The position numbers and the translations under genes were made by a program. Of a stretch of 55,846 bases of DNA, positions 50,396 to 55,846 are shown in pieces (the first letter of the stretch is position 1; every line of letters starts with the position of its first letter). Origin of the DNA: Octopus sinensis (lineage: Eukaryota); NCBI RefSeq assembly GCF_006345805.1, contig NW_021835254.1:1-55846 (forward strand). Direction: 5' to 3'. Below the pieces are notes generated by a model, which saw only the letters and a list, made by a program, of their open reading frames with translations, was not told the origin of the DNA and did not search any database.

Positions 50396-50559
50396 TGTGA
50401 AACGGGAGAGAGAGAGGATACGGAAAGAGAAGGGAGAAAGGAGAGTGATGTTTACGATTTAGGATAAATATTAAGATTGCGAAAGAAGTCCTGTCGTATT
50501 TCACGATGGCAGGAAACATGTCCATTTGTTCTTAATTGATATACTTAATTAAGATATTT

Positions 50560-51375
50560 CCCCTCGTTATTCATAACATAATCCCATCTATTTGGCAAAC
50601 TGTTGATCCCTCGGGCGCAAAATTCTTCAGGTTTCGAAGCAAAAACTTGATATCATTTTTAACCTCTCCAGAATTAAAAATCGTTTTCCCTGTAAATAAT
50701 GTTGAAACGATAGAAAAGGCTAACAGATGGAGCAAGGTCAGGAGAGCAAGAAGGATGATGCGAAGCTTTCATATTTAGTGCCATAACCTTTCCGGGAGTG
50801 ACAACAGTAATATATAGCTTTGCATTATCGTGTGAGAACAACACCTTTTTACGACTGACCAATGATAGGCGCACTCTTTGCAAATTTTTTCGCATTTATT
50901 CCAATTCATGACAATACTTAACTCTTTCGTTTTGGTTTAACACTGCCTGATAGACAACACTCTTCATCTCTTTCTAAACACATTTTTCGACTGGAGTCCT
51001 ACCGTTCATTGGGTGCTACGCTTTGTCATTTTCGTTGGATATATTATAGAAAGCCCAGGAAAAGCTCGGCAACAAATCTACTCTTTAATGAAGAGAAGAA
51101 AACACCTTGATTAAACTGAGAAGCAGTTAGATTGATAAGGGACCCAGTGACTGAGTTTAGACACATTTTCTAGTTCATGAAAGTGTCTTACGATTGAAAT
51201 TTGACTTCAACTGAACCGGTTTGTTAATTCTTGTGCAGTTAGCTTTGGGGTTTCCTCAACTACGGTTTTCAGAAGCTCAATATTGACAGAACTTGGCTGC
51301 CCAAATTGAGAGAAGTCTACAAAACAAACAACACCCGAGCGAAACTGACCAAACAATCATTGACATGTCCGAACA
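50560..51375 (-). pseudogene. Degenerate mariner transposase remnant
   Basis: 'SLVSRKKVLFSHDNAK..HHPSCSPDLAPS' contains the HDNA and (Y)SPDLAPS motifs. Confidence 0.75.
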
Positions 51376-52442
51376 CTTGGAATGGGATAAGATAAGGACA
51401 TGTATTCGGTTGGGATATCAATGAACATACAGATTGCCACAACACCCGATGCCCATAGGCCATACTAGAGTTGTTTACAGTCGCTGGTACTAAAGGAAAT
51501 GAAAAGAAATTAATAATACGGTGCAGGAAGCTCAGATGCTACCTGTGAAGACTTCTAAGCCACAGGGACTAGCAGGGACCAAAAAACAAAACAGAACAAC
51601 AACACAATTATCGGCACGTCCCGGAATATACTAAGTTCCCAAAACAAGAATGGTCGAAGGAAATAGTCTCACCCCTAATACCACAATCACACAAGTATAC
51701 AGAAGGAGAGATAGAGAATGAGATGTCTCCATAGTAATTGCAAAAGCAGCAAACGCCAGTACTCGAAGTAGTAGCTGCACCGTTCAATCGTCTTGTTACG
51801 AGGGAAAGTGATGGTAACGGAAAACATTTGAAACTGTTGGAGACAACTCCCCACCAATCATTAGCATGAAAAAAGCGCTATAAAGGGAATGATTCAGCTC
51901 CTTCAGAACATGACTAAGCAAGTTCTTACCCTGGCAGTTTGTATAATGTGTAATGTTTCTAATTTTTTAGTCACCAAACAAGTTGCGATAGGGAAGCTGT
52001 GTTTTTTCGCTTTTGGGGTGTTTAAATGAAATTAATGTTGTGTGCTGCATATATATATCTGCACGCAAAGAGATATTTTATTAAGTTTGAAAAAGACCGT
52101 TGGCTCTGGTCTGCCAACTTCAGTTTTGGCGCAGTACATCAATTCTTTATTAAGCCATTTATGGTCGAGAAAGTATAAGTTAATTTTGACACGATTAAAT
52201 GTTAACAGACAAACTATACCTGCGGCAGTTTCTGTCATTTCTTTTCTTGATGCCGGGAATTAAATTCCTGATGCTGCTTGATATCAGGACAGATATAGTT
52301 AACACTTAGTCATATAGAAAAATGTCACACTTACGATCAATTTAGGAGTGACTCTGTATCAAGTTTATGAAAGTTTTGGCGATACTGGAATCCATCTAGG
52401 GTGACAGATGTGTTCATTCAGATAGCAATGTGTTTGTATGAT

Positions 52443-52792
52443 AGGGTAAAGACTCCTTCGGTCATAAGTGACCATGAGATTACTCCTAGAAAGTTCCCCT
52501 TATAAGCACAAGTCCAGGCAAGATTGTTTATGGAAGACCAGCAGTTGCCCATGCATACCAGCCTACCTTCTCCAGGCCACCGATGTTATCCAAGGGAAAG
52601 GCAAAGGCCGATACAGTTTGGCTTGGCTTGGCACTAGTGACGTCGCACTCATTTCTACAGCTGAGTGAACTGGAGCAACGTGAAATAAAGTGTTTTGCGC
52701 AAGAACATAGCACACAGCCCGGCCCGGGAATCGAACTCACTATTTCATGATTGTGATCTCGACGCCTTAACCACTGAGCCATGCACCTTCAC
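52443..52792 (-). mobile_element. tRNA-derived SINE
   Basis: Minus-strand head ggtgcatggctcagtggttaaggcgtcg..gagttcgattccc has good A and B boxes and a non-tRNA body. Confidence 0.8.
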
Positions 52793-53455
52793 ATATATAC
52801 TGAATAATATATACTGTATTTCTTAGAAAAGATCCCTACTCTTTTACAGCTTTCTTATACTACAGAGCTGTATGAATAAATTTCCTTCATCTCTCGAGAA
52901 ATGCGATTAATGATATTGACTATATTCTTTAAGAGTGCGTGTGTCAGCTTGTAGTTAGACAATTTATTAATATATACCAACATTTTATGAGGTTTCCTAT
53001 AAGGACAATATTGGTACTGATCGTAATTCTGCAGTTTTATTAGTGGAATTTTGTGAAACAGAAAATTCTTCGTTATTTTTAAACTACTTTGAATTTTTTC
53101 GATCTTTTTGGAAACCCCTCGGAGTTATATTTACCCTAAGTGGAATTTGGCGTCAAAGACTCTCAAGTAGATAAATGCTGTTCACAGATATTTCACACTA
53201 GAATTTAAACTTTTAGAAATATCAGACATATCTATTCTTATGACTTTTGTCTCAATATTGGTTAAAATAACCTGATTTTTTCTGATTTTATCTAATAAAT
53301 ATCGCCATCTTTCCATTCCACTTCACTAGATTTCATTTTTGTGTTATTTTACTGAAATCTTTAAAATGTTTGCTTTAATATACTTTTCTAATGCAGTTTT
53401 TGTAATTCCTTCATTTATAACCGTTAATTCTTTCTAATGGTATTTTCTTCTCACA

Positions 53456-53914
<459 letters not shown>

Positions 53915-54326
53915 AGATTAGTAGAATCGTTACACTCTCCAATAGACTAAGGTCAATCAACACCATCTCTCTCAATATTTTTGTGAATATAAATTACAAC
54001 TGCGATATATGAGATTAAGAAAAAAGCAGGTACACAAATACGTACACACACACGCACACCCACAGACACAAAAACGTAATAAAAATTAAATTTTTATATA
54101 GGAGACAAAATAAAAGTAGTAGTAGTAGTAATAATAATAATAATAATAATAATATAATAATAATAATAATAATAATGATATTAACAAAAAAAATAATTTT
54201 TTTTAAATGAACGAACTATTGAGTTTGGTTTAATGGCCTACCAATGTATACTATGAGTTTCTTTGCCCTAGGAGTCGGGAAGACACTCGGAAAGAAATGG
54301 AAGCAAATTTGAAAGAAGAAAACAAA

Positions 54327-54385
<59 letters not shown>

Positions 54386-54424
54386 TCTAAGTAATCTCAA
54401 GTTTTAAAACAAACATAATTTTCG

Positions 54425-54603
54425 TATGGTTTTTTTAGACATTCACTAGTACAACACTAAGTACAAAACCAAATATATGGCACCCTAGGCATAACACCAA
54501 CACGAACTTCCAGCTTGTTGCCTCTTTAGGTCTCTGGGTGAGACTTGGAGCCAGCTTGTGCAAATGTAAAGCAAAAGTCAAACACAGAATAATAATAATA
54601 ATA

Positions 54604-54635
<32 letters not shown>
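54425..54635 (+). mobile_element. Probable retroelement 3' end with (AAT)n tail
   Basis: Short non-repetitive block running directly into (AAT)n and lying among (AAT)n runs. Family is from recall only. Confidence 0.4.
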
Positions 54636-54636
<1 letters not shown>

Positions 54637-55282
54637 GATTGTAAAGTGTTATTGATATGAAAAAAAAAGTAAGTGAATGAATGAATAGTAAACAGGTCGA
54701 AGTTTGTGCGATCATATGTTATCATTTATTATCGATTGTGTTCGATGGTCAGTGGAAAGGTCGCAGTCAACATCGCCTTCTTCACCCGCACTGTATACCG
54801 CCATGTTTATCTATCTCACACCCACACACCCACCCACATATATATGTATACATACATACACACATATGAATATTTATATGCATATGTATGTATACACACA
54901 CAAACAGAGGAGTGCCACGCAGGTTAGCGTACACTTATACAAATATACATATTCGCACAAAAATCTATGCTCACAACACGGAATTTCACGTAACAACAAT
55001 TAGATAATCTCTCTCTCTCTCTCTCTGAATGAGTGTGTATGTGTATTTATATATTTCTATTCCCCCCTCACTATATATGCATATATATATATGTATACAC
55101 ACATGCATGTACACACTTATGTACGTGCACATACAGGCACACGCAAATACATATAGTTAAATATATGCATATGTGCATTTGTACATACGCATATTAGTAT
55201 AAGTGCATACACATACACACACATGTACATATATTTCTCTACTCTTGGTTCACACTCACACTCATATCAGATATATATTATG

Positions 55283-55324
<42 letters not shown>

Positions 55325-55333
55325 ATATATATG

Positions 55334-55365
<32 letters not shown>

Positions 55366-55846
55366 GATATTATATACCACCCCACCACTTATATATATGT
55401 ATGTATATCAAGACAAACAACAATGGTGGAAGAAATAGTCTCACCCCTAATACCAGAATCACACAAGTATACAGAATGTATATATGTATGTATATCAAAG
55501 AGAAAGACACAGAGAGAGAGAGAGAGAGAGTGTGTGTGTGTCTTAGGGTGAAAGGGAAAGACATTAATAGACAGATAAAGATGCAGATAGATCTATGATT
55601 TGGCAGACAAATACATAAATAGATAACAGTCACACACACATACGCACACACATACGCACACACACACACACACCACACACACACACACACACATTGGAAT
55701 TACATTTTCTCTGAAATGTTTTATAGTGTGGGTGTATGTGATCTCTTGAAACTATAAAATATGGGGAAATATTGCTGTGATACGAGGCACACATATGAAC
55801 ACCCATATAGGTGTGTTCATATGTGTGTGGCTCATAGTATATGCTA

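Overview
Eukaryotic, AT-rich genomic DNA saturated with microsatellites and retroelement debris. The SINE families and simple-repeat load fit a coleoid cephalopod, probably an octopus (inferred from recall, not a search). The only host gene I can support is on the minus strand: four GT-AG exons (49801-49679, 47964-47851, 31068-30936, 29009-28891) that splice in frame into about 163 aa of the HEAT-repeat region of a SCY1-like 2 (SCYL2-family) pseudokinase. The rest of the window is probably intronic. It holds tRNA-derived SINEs, fragments of Penelope-like, Tx1/L1-like, RTE and R4/Dong-like retroelements, mariner remnants, two non-autonomous Helitrons, three long inverted repeats, a 31-bp minisatellite and many simple repeats. 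Almost all ORFs in the supplied track are microsatellite artefacts. I found no convincing new multi-gene system. The best leads are RNA-level: (1) minimal hammerhead-ribozyme-like motifs on the strand the gene transcribes; (2) an inverted Helitron pair bracketing a 252-nt, ATG-initiated, stop-free two-exon block; (3) an exon with a ~175-nt AG-free zone; (4) a near-perfect 178-bp-arm palindrome. Repeat boundaries are approximate. Scattered 1-nt slips in dinucleotide runs may be sequencing errors.
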